NCBI GenBank assembly: GCA_965217895.1 | Contig: CBDCJV010000002.1 | Span: 2,976,001 to 3,040,000 of the forward strand | Length of the DNA stretch: 64,000 bases | From: Waterburya sp. | GTDB taxonomy: Bacteria; Cyanobacteriota; Cyanobacteriia; Cyanobacteriales; Xenococcaceae | Direction of reading: 5' to 3' | Shown: positions 11,614 through 22,754 of the stretch, one piece after another | How positions within the stretch are numbered: position 1 is the first letter of the stretch | How the letters are laid out: each line of letters starts with the position of its first letter | Program-made: the position numbers and the translations under genes | Notes under the pieces: model-generated | Told to the model about the DNA's origin: nothing | The model's input: the letters and a program-made list of their open reading frames with translations, nothing else | The model's database searches: none

Positions 11614-12702
11614 CTATAAAGTTCTACCGTTATCTGGCTCAAAAACAAATAATTTTTCTAGGTCAAATTTTACCCAGATAGGATTGTCTTTCTTTCCCTG
11701 CCACGTAGCACCAGCTAACAAATTAAGTCTAGTGCTAGAGTCTGGAGCGATCGCTTTAATCAAAGTTTCTCTACCCAAAGGTTCAATTAAATCAACCTGT
11801 AATATAAGGCAATTATCGTTATTGTCTAGTTCTGAATTGGCAATAGTAATATGTTCAGGACGAATACCAATGTCGAATTTTTGTCTATTGGTTGGTAATC
11901 GTTGTCTAATAGAAGCATTTATTGCTATTGATTGATTATTAAAAACAATCAGGCGATCGCTTTCATAAACTGTAGGCAAAATATTCATCGGTGGATTGCC
12001 CAAAAACCCCGCCACCATACTATTAACAGGGTGAGCATAGACCTCTTGAGGACTGCCTATCTGCTGAACTTTGCCATCTTTTAAAACTACTATTTGGTCT
12101 GCTAAGGTCATTGCCTCCACCTGATCGTGGGTAACATAAATAGTGGTGATGCCGACTCTTTGATGTAGCTGCTTTAATTCTGCTCTTGTATCATCTCGCA
12201 ATTGAGTATCTAAATTGGATAAAGGTTCATCTAAAAGAAATACCTGAGGTTGACGAGCGATCGCTCTACCTAATGCTACTCGCTGCTGTTGTCCTCCCGA
12301 TAGCTGTTTGGGCTTACGCTTGAGTAAATGTTCAATATCTAAAGAGCGGGCTACTTCCTGAACTCTTCTGGCGATCGCTTTAGGTTTGGCTCGGCGCATT
12401 TTTAAACCAAAAGCTAAGTTTTCAGCCACGCTCATATGAGGATAAAGGGCATAATTTTGAAATACCATTGCCACATCTCTTTGTCTTGCGGGAATATCGT
12501 TAACCAACCTGTCGCCAATATAAAGCTCGCCCCTAGTGATAGATTCTAATCCAGCGATCGTCCTTAAAATAGTCGATTTTCCACAGCCAGAGGGACCAAC
12601 TAACACCCAAAAGGCGCGATCGGCAATTTCAAAAGTAATATTTTCAATTGCCGTAACATTGTCAAATTGACGAGTGATTTCTTGCAGACTGACTTGAGCC
12701 AT
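11614..12702 (-). CDS. Sugar ABC transporter ATP-binding protein (MalK/UgpC type)
   Basis: GPSGCGKST, VFQNYALYPHM, LSGGQQQRVALGRA, LLDEPLSNLD, C-terminal TOBE-like domain. Confidence 0.92.
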   Translation of the reverse strand: MAQVSLQEITRQFDNVTAIENITFEIADRAFWVLVGPSGCGKSTILRTIAGLESITRGELYIGDRLVNDIPARQRDVAMVFQNYALYPHMSVAENLAFGLKMRRAKPKAIARRVQEVARSLDIEHLLKRKPKQLSGGQQQRVALGRAIARQPQVFLLDEPLSNLDTQLRDDTRAELKQLHQRVGITTIYVTHDQVEAMTLADQIVVLKDGKVQQIGSPQEVYAHPVNSMVAGFLGNPPMNILPTVYESDRLIVFNNQSIAINASIRQRLPTNRQKFDIGIRPEHITIANSELDNNDNCLILQVDLIEPLGRETLIKAIAPDSSTRLNLLAGATWQGKKDNPIWVKFDLEKLFVFEPDNGRTL

Positions 12703-12740
12703 TTAAATTAATTCTTTGCTGCCTAAAAAATTATGATAAC

Positions 12741-12900
12741 TAGCTCTCAGCCTTTAGCTCTTAGCTATTAGCTTTTATTAATGAAGCTTATATTTTTAAG
12801 CTTTCGCATTTATCATTTACTTTTTCTCAGCACCTAGAGTATAAATCTCCATTTGAAAGAGTCATTGTTCAATGTTTAATGCTCAATGTTCAATGTTTAC
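12741..12900. repeat. Two heptamer tandem arrays (TTAGCTN x~5; TGTTCAA x~5)
   Basis: tagctc tcagcct ttagctc ttagcta ttagctt; tgttcaa tgtttaa tgctcaa tgttcaa tgtttac. Confidence 0.7.
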
Positions 12901-12963
12901 CTTGTTGATTTTCAAAAACCGTTGCTACAATAGCCTTGTTTTCTGGGAATAAAAAAGCTGCTA

Positions 12964-14364
12964 ATGTCTAGAACCTCTGCTACTTTGCGGGATGGAGTTA
13001 TCCTTAACAATCGTTACCGAATTGTTAAGCAGATAGGTCGAGGTGGTTTTGGTAGAGCCTACTTAGCCGAAGATACCCACCGCTACCGAGAATTATGCGT
13101 TCTCAAAGAGTTTGCCCCCCAAGTAGAAAGCGATCGCGAACTGAATAAAGCCGAAGAACTATTTGAACGGGAAGCGGGAATACTCTATAAACTGAAGCAT
13201 AAACAGATTCCTAAGTTTGAAGCACTGTTGCAGACTCGCATTGATGGCAAGCGATCGCTATTTTTAGTGCAAGAATACATTGAAGGGGAAGATTATTGGG
13301 AATTGTTGACCAGAAAAGGTCGCTTAAGCGAGGCTGAAGTCACTGATATGATCTGGGACTTGCTGCCAGTTTTGGACTATATTCATGCTTCTAAGGTAGT
13401 TCATCGCGATATTTCTCCCGATAACTTGATTCGTCGAGAGAGTGATGACAAAACTGTCTTGATTGACTTTGGCTGCGTCAAAATTGCTGCTAATGCTATT
13501 TCTAGATCGACAGGACAGTCGGTTACTTTGATCGGCAAAAAAGGTTATTCTCCTGACGAGCAAACCCGCCGTGGTCAGGCTTTTCCCTGTAGCGATCTTT
13601 ATTCTTTAGCAGCTACGGCGGTGGTTCTTTTAACTGGAAAACAGCCTAGTCAACTATACAATAGCTATCAAGGAAAATGGCAGTGGGAATCTGAGGCAAA
13701 AGTTAGTCCTGGCTTGAAAAAGGTCTTAAATAAAATGCTGGCAGATAAACCTAGCGATCGCTACGGGTCAGCAGATCGGGTTTTACAAGTTTTAAATAAA
13801 AAGAATAAATCCCCTGTTAGCAGCTTTATTTCTAGGGTTCGTACTTTGATAGTTGCTCCAGGAAATTCTGAAGATTTTGATTCTAATTTTTCTGGCAGCT
13901 TTAAATCTAAAAGCTACGGTAATATTTCTCGGATCGCTACTAAAGCGATCGCTGTCTCACGACGGCAAGTTGCTCGTCTTCCTTGGACGATGGATTTAAA
14001 ACGGATTAAACCCTGGCAATGGGGAATGATTAGTGCTGGAGTGATTTTGATTCCAGGTTTACTTAGCTTTGCGACGATTAAAACCAAAATGTCTCCAACA
14101 ATTGCCCTTGGCTCTAATAATGCAGAACATTCTGTTCTTAGCCAAAATGAACGGGACTTACAACAGGAAATTTATCAACGTATCAAAGCTTTAAATCTTG
14201 ATGCCAGTGCTTTTTATAAAGAGGTAGATACTGTTTTTCACGCTCAACATCCTGAGTTAAAGAGATTGCAGCTTACTGAAAGCTCAGAAGATCGGACTTA
14301 TCGTCAAATGTGGTATGAAATTGCCAGCAATTTATTGAACAAGCAAGAAAGAAGTAGACAGTAA
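12964..14364 (+). CDS. Ser/Thr protein kinase with C-terminal TM segment
   Basis: GRGGFG, VLKEF, HRDISPDN, DFG; hydrophobic segment near residue 355. Confidence 0.92.
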   Translation: MSRTSATLRDGVILNNRYRIVKQIGRGGFGRAYLAEDTHRYRELCVLKEFAPQVESDRELNKAEELFEREAGILYKLKHKQIPKFEALLQTRIDGKRSLFLVQEYIEGEDYWELLTRKGRLSEAEVTDMIWDLLPVLDYIHASKVVHRDISPDNLIRRESDDKTVLIDFGCVKIAANAISRSTGQSVTLIGKKGYSPDEQTRRGQAFPCSDLYSLAATAVVLLTGKQPSQLYNSYQGKWQWESEAKVSPGLKKVLNKMLADKPSDRYGSADRVLQVLNKKNKSPVSSFISRVRTLIVAPGNSEDFDSNFSGSFKSKSYGNISRIATKAIAVSRRQVARLPWTMDLKRIKPWQWGMISAGVILIPGLLSFATIKTKMSPTIALGSNNAEHSVLSQNERDLQQEIYQRIKALNLDASAFYKEVDTVFHAQHPELKRLQLTESSEDRTYRQMWYEIASNLLNKQERSRQ

Positions 14365-14619
14365 ACTTTTGTGCAAAAAATTAAGGATTTACTAGCTTGA
14401 AGAGAATAGTAATTATGATGTTCAACAAAATTAAAATTGCACTGAGTAGTACTCCAAATAGCCATTTAATCCAATTGACATCAACTTTAATTCCTGCTAT
14501 TTCTTGATCAGGATAATTATCAAAGGTAATATCAACGTTAGTGTTAGTAATGAATCCTGCATTATTTTTAATAATGCGATCGCAATTTACTATCGAGCTA
14601 AAAATATTACTTGTGCCGA

Positions 14620-14938
14620 TTAATATCTTCTATCTCTTTCTAAGTCTCTAATTACTTCTTGATGCAGTCGCTCTAAGAAGGAAACCTTCAAGACCGCGCT
14701 GCATCGCCTTTTCATGATACCAAAGATAAGTTTGACCAGGATTTTTTTGGCGAGCGTGTCTTAACAACCTTAAAGCAACTTTTTTGTCACCGTTCAACAT
14801 AATCAATAATTGCTTGTCTAAACTCTTATCTAATTTGTGCTTAGGTTTTGCTTTTTTCTGCTTCTTAATTTCTCTTAATAAGATGAAAATCAGCAAAGAC
14901 AAGGTTATGAATATGACAACGATCAAAATATTGTCCAT
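14620..14938 (-). pseudogene. Small membrane-anchored hypothetical protein with C-terminus frameshifted by a 52 bp palindromic insertion
   Basis: Removing 14656-14707 restores ...LWYHEK-VIRDLERDRRY* (stop 14620-14622). Confidence 0.65.
14656..14707. repeat. Small dispersed hairpin repeat
   Basis: ttctt-gatgcag-tcgctctaag-aaggaaacctt-caagaccgcg-ctgcatc-gc. Confidence 0.7.
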
Positions 14939-15115
14939 AGCTTAATCTAATTCTGGAAACTAACTATTAATTTAGTAATTCCCTTGTTTTAAGCAATAAT
15001 TTCATTTTTTTCGCTTATTTGACTGATTTGCCTAAAATAATTTTTCCCTTTACTCAAAGAAGTTCATATAATGGGACTTAATGTAACTTAACCTGTTGAT
15101 CAGCAGTCGCTAGCA

Positions 15116-18100
15116 ATGAACAGCATCTTTTTAGAACGTCTCCATAGTCCCAACCGTCCTGTACTCGTCTTAGATGGCGCGATGGGAACAAACCTGCAAG
15201 TTCAAAACCTCACCGCCGAAGATTTCGGTGGTGAAGCTTATGAAGGGTGCAATGAATATCTTGTCCATACCAAACCAGAAGCAGTGGCAACAGTGCATCG
15301 TGGCTTTTTAGAAGCTGGTGCGGATGTGATTGAAACCGATACCTTTGGCGGAACAAAGCTAGTTTTAGCTGAATATGATTTAGCCGACCAAGCTTACTAT
15401 CTGAATAAAACCGCAGCCGAATTAGCTAAAAAAGTTGCGGCCGAATTTTCGACTCCTGAAAAGCCTCGTTTTGTTGCAGGTTCAATTGGGCCTGGTACTA
15501 AGTTGCCTACTTTGGGACATATTGATTTTGATAGTCTAAAAGATGCTTACGTCGAACAAGCAGAAGCATTGTATGACGGTGGAGTAGATTTACTATTGGT
15601 AGAAACCTGTCAGGATGTATTGCAAATTAAAGCTGCATTAAACGCCATTGAAGAAGTATTTGAAAAGAAAGGTGCAAGGCTTCCCTTAATGGTTTCGGTG
15701 ACTATGGAACAGATGGGAACAATGCTAGTCGGTACAGAAATTGATGCAGCATTAGCAATTTTAGAACGCTACCCCATAGACATTTTGGGTTTGAACTGCG
15801 CTACAGGGCCAGACCTGATGAAAGAACATATCAAGTATCTTTCGGAACACTCTCCTTTTATTGTCTCTTGTGTTCCTAATGCGGGACTGCCTGAAAACGT
15901 TGGGGGACAGGCACACTATAAGCTGACACCAATGGAACTTCGTATGGCGTTGATGCATTTCGTGGAAGACTTGGGGGTACAGATAATTGGTGGTTGTTGC
16001 GGAACCAGGTTCGATCATATTCAAGCTTTAGCTGAGATGACTAAGGACTTAACGCCAAAAGAACGTCATCCTCATTATGAGCCATCTGCTGCATCTATCT
16101 ATAGTACTCAACCCTATATTCAAGATAATTCTTTCCTAATTGTGGGCGAGAGATTAAATGCCAGTGGTTCTAAGCAATGCCGTACTCTACTCAATGATGA
16201 AAACTGGGATAGTTTAGTTTCCCTTGCTAAGTCTCAAGTCAAAGAAGGCGCGCACATCCTTGATGTCAATGTAGACTACGTAGGACGAGACGGAGAGAGA
16301 GATATGCACGAACTAGCATCGCGTCTAGTTAATAATGTGACTTTACCTCTAATGCTTGACTCTACTGAGTCAACCAAAATGGAGGCGGGGTTAAAGGTTG
16401 CTGGTGGTAAATGTATTCTTAACTCTACCAACTACGAGGATGGAGAAGAAAGGTTTTATCAGGTATTAGATTTAGCCAAAAGATATGGCGCAGGAATAGT
16501 AATTGGTACTATCGATGAAGAGGGTATGGGTCGTACTGCCGATAAGAAGTTTGAAATTGCCAAACGTGCCTATGATGCAGCAGTAGCCTATGGCATTCCC
16601 GCCCCAGAAATATTCTTCGATCCTTTAGCTTTGCCAGTCTCTACAGGTATTGAGGAAGATCGAGAAAATGGTAAGGCTACCGTCCTAGCAACCAAAAGAA
16701 TTAGAGAAGAACTACCTGGTTGTCACGTACTTTTGGGTGTTTCTAATGTTTCCTTTGGCTTGAATCTAGCTGCTAGACAAGTCTTAAATTCTGTCTTTTT
16801 GCATGAATGTATGCAGGTAGGATTAGATTCTGCGATCGTTAACCCTAGTAAAATTTTACCCTTAGCTAAAATCGATCCTGCACATCAAAAGATCTGTTAC
16901 GACTTAATTTATGACAAGCGGGAATTTGATGGCGATATTTGTACCTACGATCCTTTAGGTGAATTAACTACTCTATTTGATGGCAAGAAAGTCAAGAAGT
17001 CCGAAGCAGTAGATAAGAACCTTCCCATCGAAGAACGCCTTAAACAGCACATCATTGATGGCGAACGGATTGGCTTAGACGAAGCTTTAGAGGAAGCTTT
17101 GCAACAGTATCCACCGTTAGATATAGTTAATATCTTTCTTCTAGATGGCATGAAGGTTGTGGGCGAACTATTTGGTTCGGGACAAATGCAGCTACCCTTT
17201 GTACTTCAGTCGGCGCAAACTATGAAAGCAGCAGTGGCGCATCTAGAACCCTACATGGATAAAGAAGAAGCTGATGACAGTGGTAAAGGCAAATTCGTCA
17301 TTGCTACGGTAAAGGGTGACGTTCATGATATTGGTAAAAACCTCGTTGATATTATCCTTTCTAATAACGGTTACAAAGTAATCAACCTGGGTATCAAACA
17401 GCCTGTAGAGAATATTATCAAAGCTTATGAAGAACACCAGCCAGATTGCATCGCCATGAGTGGCTTGTTGGTAAAATCTACGGCATTCATGAAAGACAAT
17501 CTAGAAACTTTTAATCAAAAAGGTATTAATGTTCCCGTCATCTTAGGTGGTGCAGCTTTAACTCCTAAGTTTGTTTATCAGGATTGTCAAAATGTATATA
17601 AGGGAAAGGTTGTTTATGGCAAGGATGCTTTTGCTGATTTGCATTTTATGGATAAATTGATGCCCGCTAAAGTAGAGCATAACTGGGATAATACCAAAGG
17701 TTTCTTAAATGAAGAGGATTTATCTGCCATAGAAGAAGGTGAGGCAAAACCATTTGAGGGAGAAAACCAAGATAAAATCTTTGTCGATGAAGTTAGTAGA
17801 AAAGAAGAACCAAAAATAATAGATACCAAGCGTTCTGAAGATGTACCTTTAGACATAGATCGCCCTACTCCTCCTTTTTGGGGTACAAAGATCTTAGAAT
17901 CGGCAGATATTCCTCTAAATGAAATCTTTCCTTATTTGGATTTACAGGCTTTATACGTAGGACAATGGCAATTTCGTAAGCCAAAAGAACAATCAAGAGA
18001 ACAGTATGACGAGTTTTTAGCTAGAAAAGTCGATCCTGTTTTAGAAGAGTGGAAACAAAGAATTATTGCCGATAATTTATTGCAACCCACCATAATTTAT

Positions 18101-18670
18101 GGTTATTTTCCCTGCAATGCCGAAGGAAATACCCTTTATATTTACGAACCTACAGATAAAGGATTCGTCAAACCTGTAACCTCTTTTGAATTTCCGCGCC
18201 AACGTTCTGGCAAACGTCTTTGTATCGCCGATTTCTTTGCTACTAAAGAATCTGGACACATAGATGTCTTTCCTATGCAGGCGGTAACGGTGGGAGAAGT
18301 CGCCACCGAATATGCCCAAAAGCTCTTTAAAGCAGATAATTACACCGATTACCTTTACTATCACGGTATGGCGGTACAAATGGCAGAAGCCTTAGCAGAA
18401 TGGACACACGCCAGAATCCGTCATGAACTAGGTTTTGCAGCCGAAGAATCAGACAACATTCGCGATACTTTGCAACAACGCTATCGAGGTTCTCGCTATA
18501 GTTTTGGTTATCCTGCTTGTCCTAATATCGAGGATCAATATAAACAATTAGATTTATTGGATACGAAGCGAATCAATATGTACATGGATGAAAGTGAACA
18601 ACTGTATCCTGAACAGTCTACTACGGCGATTATTACCTATCATCCTGTAGCAAGGTATTTCAGTACTTAG
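15116..18670 (+). CDS. metH: Cobalamin-dependent methionine synthase
   Basis: [33 protein letters not shown]12 motif, C-terminal activation domain [10 protein letters not shown]. Confidence 0.98.
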   Translation: MNSIFLERLHSPNRPVLVLDGAMGTNLQVQNLTAEDFGGEAYEGCNEYLVHTKPEAVATVHRGFLEAGADVIETDTFGGTKLVLAEYDLADQAYYLNKTAAELAKKVAAEFSTPEKPRFVAGSIGPGTKLPTLGHIDFDSLKDAYVEQAEALYDGGVDLLLVETCQDVLQIKAALNAIEEVFEKKGARLPLMVSVTMEQMGTMLVGTEIDAALAILERYPIDILGLNCATGPDLMKEHIKYLSEHSPFIVSCVPNAGLPENVGGQAHYKLTPMELRMALMHFVEDLGVQIIGGCCGTRFDHIQALAEMTKDLTPKERHPHYEPSAASIYSTQPYIQDNSFLIVGERLNASGSKQCRTLLNDENWDSLVSLAKSQVKEGAHILDVNVDYVGRDGERDMHELASRLVNNVTLPLMLDSTESTKMEAGLKVAGGKCILNSTNYEDGEERFYQVLDLAKRYGAGIVIGTIDEEGMGRTADKKFEIAKRAYDAAVAYGIPAPEIFFDPLALPVSTGIEEDRENGKATVLATKRIREELPGCHVLLGVSNVSFGLNLAARQVLNSVFLHECMQVGLDSAIVNPSKILPLAKIDPAHQKICYDLIYDKREFDGDICTYDPLGELTTLFDGKKVKKSEAVDKNLPIEERLKQHIIDGERIGLDEALEEALQQYPPLDIVNIFLLDGMKVVGELFGSGQMQLPFVLQSAQTMKAAVAHLEPYMDKEEADDSGKGKFVIATVKGDVHDIGKNLVDIILSNNGYKVINLGIKQPVENIIKAYEEHQPDCIAMSGLLVKSTAFMKDNLETFNQKGINVPVILGGAALTPKFVYQDCQNVYKGKVVYGKDAFADLHFMDKLMPAKVEHNWDNTKGFLNEEDLSAIEEGEAKPFEGENQDKIFVDEVSRKEEPKIIDTKRSEDVPLDIDRPTPPFWGTKILESADIPLNEIFPYLDLQALYVGQWQFRKPKEQSREQYDEFLARKVDPVLEEWKQRIIADNLLQPTIIYGYFPCNAEGNTLYIYEPTDKGFVKPVTSFEFPRQRSGKRLCIADFFATKESGHIDVFPMQAVTVGEVATEYAQKLFKADNYTDYLYYHGMAVQMAEALAEWTHARIRHELGFAAEESDNIRDTLQQRYRGSRYSFGYPACPNIEDQYKQLDLLDTKRINMYMDESEQLYPEQSTTAIITYHPVARYFST

Positions 18671-18707
18671 TTAAACTATTAATGCAGACTAATTTCATTA
18701 TTCATGA

Positions 18708-19076
18708 TTGAAATATTTTGTTTTTAGTCTGCACTATATTGATAGTTTAGCGAAGATAAAAAATTATGATGATAGTAAAGAAAATCAAAAACGAATTGTT
18801 ACTGCACCTCAAACAAGTTTGTTACTAGATTTAACCACAAATAATGTACCTTTTGCTGTAATTAGTGTTGAGTTAAATAAGAATGAAGAGGTGGAGTGGA
18901 TTTGGACAATCTTAACAGGTTACAATAGGCGTTGCATCAAACGTTACGCTAAAGCACTCAAAGACTATTTCACTAAAGGAGAAGCTGGAGACGCAGCCTT
19001 TGGAGAAGTCAAATTTTACGGCATAGGTGCAAATCCCGCTTTTACAGCTCAACTACAAGACTTTGTGGGCTACTGA
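18708..19076 (+). CDS. Hypothetical protein (start uncertain)
   Basis: 122 aa ORF with protein-like C-terminal two thirds; no recognised motif. Confidence 0.4.
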   Translation: MKYFVFSLHYIDSLAKIKNYDDSKENQKRIVTAPQTSLLLDLTTNNVPFAVISVELNKNEEVEWIWTILTGYNRRCIKRYAKALKDYFTKGEAGDAAFGEVKFYGIGANPAFTAQLQDFVGY

Positions 19077-19600
19077 TTGAACAAGCGCGGGAGTGGCTTG
19101 CTAGCGCATAAGATAGCGGTCTAAAAAATGAAAATATTCAAGCTATTTCTGGCAATTGCTCTTACTAGCCTGAGGGCAGTTGCACCTTCAAATCGACTCA
19201 TGCGATCGCAGTAATAGCACTGGGGTCGAACAGGATGCTTCCCCAGTTTTAGCGAGAGTTGGATTCAAACTAATTCCCAGTTCATTTAATTCCGATTGAA
19301 GGTCAAAATAGACCCAGGCATAGTTGCTTTTGGACGGGAATATACGGGACGACATGGATATTATCTATGGATATATGCTGACAGTGGGTAGAAAAATTGA
19401 TGAGAATAGCTATCAATAAACTACCATTTAATCTCAAAGGTCTTAAGGCTATAAAACTTATACAGAGTATAGTCTAGCTTAGTTGTCTCCCCGTCAGGGA
19501 GTTTAAGGTGATTCATTTTTTAACTTGAGATTTAGCTTAATTTGATCGCAAGTCTTGAAATACCGTCATAATCATAGATAGACGATTTTTCGACAAAATT

Positions 19601-20434
19601 ATGAAAACACTACAATTAAAATCGGCAAAAGAAGTACCCATACTCGGTCAGGGGACTTGGCGCATGGGGGAAAAAGCCAGCCAAAAACAAGCAGAAATAG
19701 ACGCGCTGCGTCTAGGAATTGATTTGGGAATGACTCTGATTGATACTGCTGAGATGTATGGAGAAGGTGGTGCAGAAAAGATAGTTGCAGAAGCGATCGC
19801 ATCTCGTCGAGATGAAGTATATTTGGTTAGTAAGTTTTATCCTTACAATGCCAGTTATCAGGGATTAATAGCTGCTTGCGATCGCTCTTTGTCCCGACTT
19901 AAAACTGATTATTTAGATCTATATTTACTTCACTGGCGCGGCTCTGTACCCTTATCAGAAACCCTATCGGGATTGCAGCATCTTAAGCAAGCTGGAAAGA
20001 TTTTGGACTACGGCGTTAGCAACTTCGACGCGGATGATATGGAAACAGGATTATCTTTGCCTGGCGGGCAAGAAATAGTTGCTAATCAGGTACTTTATAA
20101 CTTAATGCGTCGTGGCATTGAATGGGATTTGCTTCCCTGGTGTAAAGAGCGTAATCTGGCGATTATGGCTTATTCTCCTGTAGAGCAACGAGCTTTTGTT
20201 GATGATTCTAAGCTAAAAGATATTGCAGCCAAACACAACGCCACATCTACCCAAATTGCCCTAAGTTGGTTACTACATCAGGATAATGTCATTTCTATCC
20301 CGAAAGCTACCAATCCCAAACACGTTAAAGAAAATCGTGCTGCTTTGGATATCAAGTTGACCGAAGAAGATTTGCAAAAATTAGACTATACTTTTAAACC
20401 TCCCAGTCGTAAAATCTCTTTAGCAATGCGATAA
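19601..20434 (+). CDS. Aldo/keto reductase
   Basis: LGQGTW, IDTAEMYG, DLYLLHW, GVSNF, IPKA. Confidence 0.93.
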   Translation: MKTLQLKSAKEVPILGQGTWRMGEKASQKQAEIDALRLGIDLGMTLIDTAEMYGEGGAEKIVAEAIASRRDEVYLVSKFYPYNASYQGLIAACDRSLSRLKTDYLDLYLLHWRGSVPLSETLSGLQHLKQAGKILDYGVSNFDADDMETGLSLPGGQEIVANQVLYNLMRRGIEWDLLPWCKERNLAIMAYSPVEQRAFVDDSKLKDIAAKHNATSTQIALSWLLHQDNVISIPKATNPKHVKENRAALDIKLTEEDLQKLDYTFKPPSRKISLAMR

Positions 20435-20461
20435 TTTATTTAGCGTTGGTGATTTAAGTAA

Positions 20462-20510
20462 AAAAGGGTGGCATCTTTTTACAATTTTATGCAGAGATGC
20501 CACCCTAAAA
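20462..20510. terminator. Bidirectional hairpin terminator between convergent AKR and rbp genes
   Basis: aaaaagggtggcatct ... agatgccaccctaaaa. Confidence 0.7.
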
Positions 20511-20542
20511 TCTTATTTCTTTTGTTTATCAATCAGACAAGC

Positions 20543-20827
20543 TTAAAAAGTATTAACTCGATAACCTGCAAAGCTCTTTCTGCTGTTGCGCGGTCTGGCT
20601 TTGTCAACTTTAATATCGCGTCCCATCCATTCTGCTCCGTTAAGAACTTTGATGGCTTTATCTTCGTTAGCTTCGGACTTCATTTCGATAAAAGCAAATC
20701 CTCTAGCTCGACCTGTTTCGCGATCTGTGGGAATATCAACTCGTTGAACGAAGCCATATTCATTAAAGACTTCGCTTAAGTCTTCTTGATTGATTTCATA
20801 GGCTAAGTTACCTACATAAATAGACAT
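20543..20827 (-). CDS. RRM RNA-binding protein (cyanobacterial Rbp family)
   Basis: MSIYVGNL (RNP2), RGFAFIEM (RNP1), WMGRDIKVDKARPR. Confidence 0.93.
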   Translation of the reverse strand: MSIYVGNLAYEINQEDLSEVFNEYGFVQRVDIPTDRETGRARGFAFIEMKSEANEDKAIKVLNGAEWMGRDIKVDKARPRNSRKSFAGYRVNTF

Positions 20828-21073
20828 ATTGTTATTGTCTCCTCAATTGATGTTGTGTTCAGAGTGACAAGATTATTAGAAAGAAATAGCTCAATACTTG
20901 ATGGAAAAAACCTTCGTTACTGAATGCACACTTAATCGTTAATCTTTTGTTCTTGTTTTTTATTGTAACATAAATTTAAAAAACCTGCATGGTAACTACG
21001 TTTAGGCTACTCACTTCAGGAATTAATTCTAAAATATGAGGGTGCTTAAATTATTCTCTAACGGTTAATTAAT

Positions 21074-21895
21074 ATGCCTGAAGGCCCTGAAATCAGGATT
21101 GCTGCTGATAAAATAGCTAAAGCGATCGCCCTTAGACCAATAACAGAGATATTCTTCGCCTTCGAGCATCTCAAACCATACCAAGATATATTAGCAAAGC
21201 AGCTAATTACTGAGGTAAATACTAAGGGCAAAGGAATGTTGATTCGCTTTGATAATGGCTTGAGTATATTTAGTCATAATCAGCTTTACGGCAAGTGGAT
21301 GATTCGCAAGTCCCATAGTTATCCTGATACAAAGCGTCAATTAAGATTAGCTATTCATAACGAGCAGAAGTCGGCGTTACTTTATAGTGCATCGGATATA
21401 GAAGTTTTAGACGAAAAGGCGATCGCCATTCATCCTTTTCTCAGTCGTTTGGGTTTAGATGTTTTAGACAGCAAGACAACTCTTAAAAAAGTTAAAGCCA
21501 GATTGCAAAATAAGTCTTTTCAGCGTCGCCGTTTTACTAGCTTACTGCTCGACCAGGGTTTTTTGGCAGGCTTAGGCAATTATCTTCGTAGCGAAATACT
21601 ATTTGTCGCGCGAATACATCCTACATTACGCCCTGTTGACTGTAGCGAACAACAGATATCTGCACTGGCAAAAGCTGCCATTAGAGTCCCTCAACAGTCT
21701 TATCAAACCCAAGGAATTACCAATGATTTAAAGCTAGTCCAACGGTTAAAGAAACAGGGATACAAACGTCAAGATTACCGTCATTGGGTATTTGGCAGAG
21801 AAGAAAGACCTTGTTATGTCTGCAATACGTCTATTATCAAAGAGATTTCTGGAGGACGCAGATATTATTTTTGTCCTAACTGCCAAAAAGTATGA
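21074..21895 (+). CDS. nei: Endonuclease VIII (Fpg/Nei family)
   Basis: N-terminal PEGPE, GLGNYLRSEILF H2TH motif, C-terminal CxxC...CxxC zinc finger. Confidence 0.93.
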   Translation: MPEGPEIRIAADKIAKAIALRPITEIFFAFEHLKPYQDILAKQLITEVNTKGKGMLIRFDNGLSIFSHNQLYGKWMIRKSHSYPDTKRQLRLAIHNEQKSALLYSASDIEVLDEKAIAIHPFLSRLGLDVLDSKTTLKKVKARLQNKSFQRRRFTSLLLDQGFLAGLGNYLRSEILFVARIHPTLRPVDCSEQQISALAKAAIRVPQQSYQTQGITNDLKLVQRLKKQGYKRQDYRHWVFGREERPCYVCNTSIIKEISGGRRYYFCPNCQKV

Positions 21896-22089
21896 TGCAA
21901 AATAATAATTTGCTAATTATCTCTAACCAAAGTTTGATTTTAAATACTTAGCTAATTTTATTTTTCTACAACCAATTATAGGTGTTGAGATCTAAATTAT
22001 TGTTCATGATAAATATAGAGGCAGGCAAAAAAATTACCAACCAACTAATAATTCGCGCCTCAACCATGTACAAATTTTAGAGATATTTT

Positions 22090-22545
22090 ATGAGCGTAGC
22101 AGAAAACAAAATTTCCCAACTTCATTCTTTAAAAGATGACGATCAATTAGCTGTTCTGTGGTATTTATATAAAGATATTGCTAAAGATAAAATTACAGCA
22201 GAGCCAGAAAGAGAAGGCGAGAATTTGGATCAAGCTAACAGTTTAATTGATAGTATCAAAGAAATGTCAAAAGACGATCAGCTACAGGTACAAAAAGATA
22301 TTTTATCTGGTAGCGATCGCGAAGAATTTAATACATACAAATCATATTCTTCAAACCAAAAACTATTTTTCTGGTATCAATTAGCAGCCGAAATGGAACA
22401 GGGTTCTGTTGTGGAGTTTCCTAGTGACTATCAGTTAGCTTCTGAAGGCAAAGAATTGCTAAACTCTTTAAAAACAATTGGTTTTGACCAGCAATTAACT
22501 TTTATGCGTGATGCTGTAGGCTATAGTTCTGATGATTCAAATTAA
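22090..22545 (+). CDS. Helical carotenoid protein (OCP N-terminal domain homologue)
   Basis: DDQLAVLWYLY, NQKLFFWYQLA, PSDYQL, FDQQLTFMRDAV. Confidence 0.85.
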   Translation: MSVAENKISQLHSLKDDDQLAVLWYLYKDIAKDKITAEPEREGENLDQANSLIDSIKEMSKDDQLQVQKDILSGSDREEFNTYKSYSSNQKLFFWYQLAAEMEQGSVVEFPSDYQLASEGKELLNSLKTIGFDQQLTFMRDAVGYSSDDSN

Positions 22546-22593
22546 ATCAAACCAAAAAGCCAATTTATCTGTGTAATTAATTAGTTTTTTCTT

Positions 22594-22620
22594 TAGGGGT
22601 TTGGCATTGCCGAATCCCTA
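22594..22620. repeat. Palindromic REP-like hairpin or terminator
   Basis: taggggtttggcattgccgaatcccta. Confidence 0.6.
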
Positions 22621-22754
22621 TTGCTATTTGTCATTTTATGACGTTGCTGATTTGAGATATAAAATCGAACAGCGTAGTTAGAGATGCTCTTCTTTGAGCA
22701 TCTCTTTTAATTTGGCGATCGCTATATAATCAATTTTGCCTAGCTACTTATATA

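Noticed and set aside
14940..15115. Cobalamin or SAM riboswitch upstream of metH
   Set aside because: AT-rich with no B12-box or SAM-I core visible.
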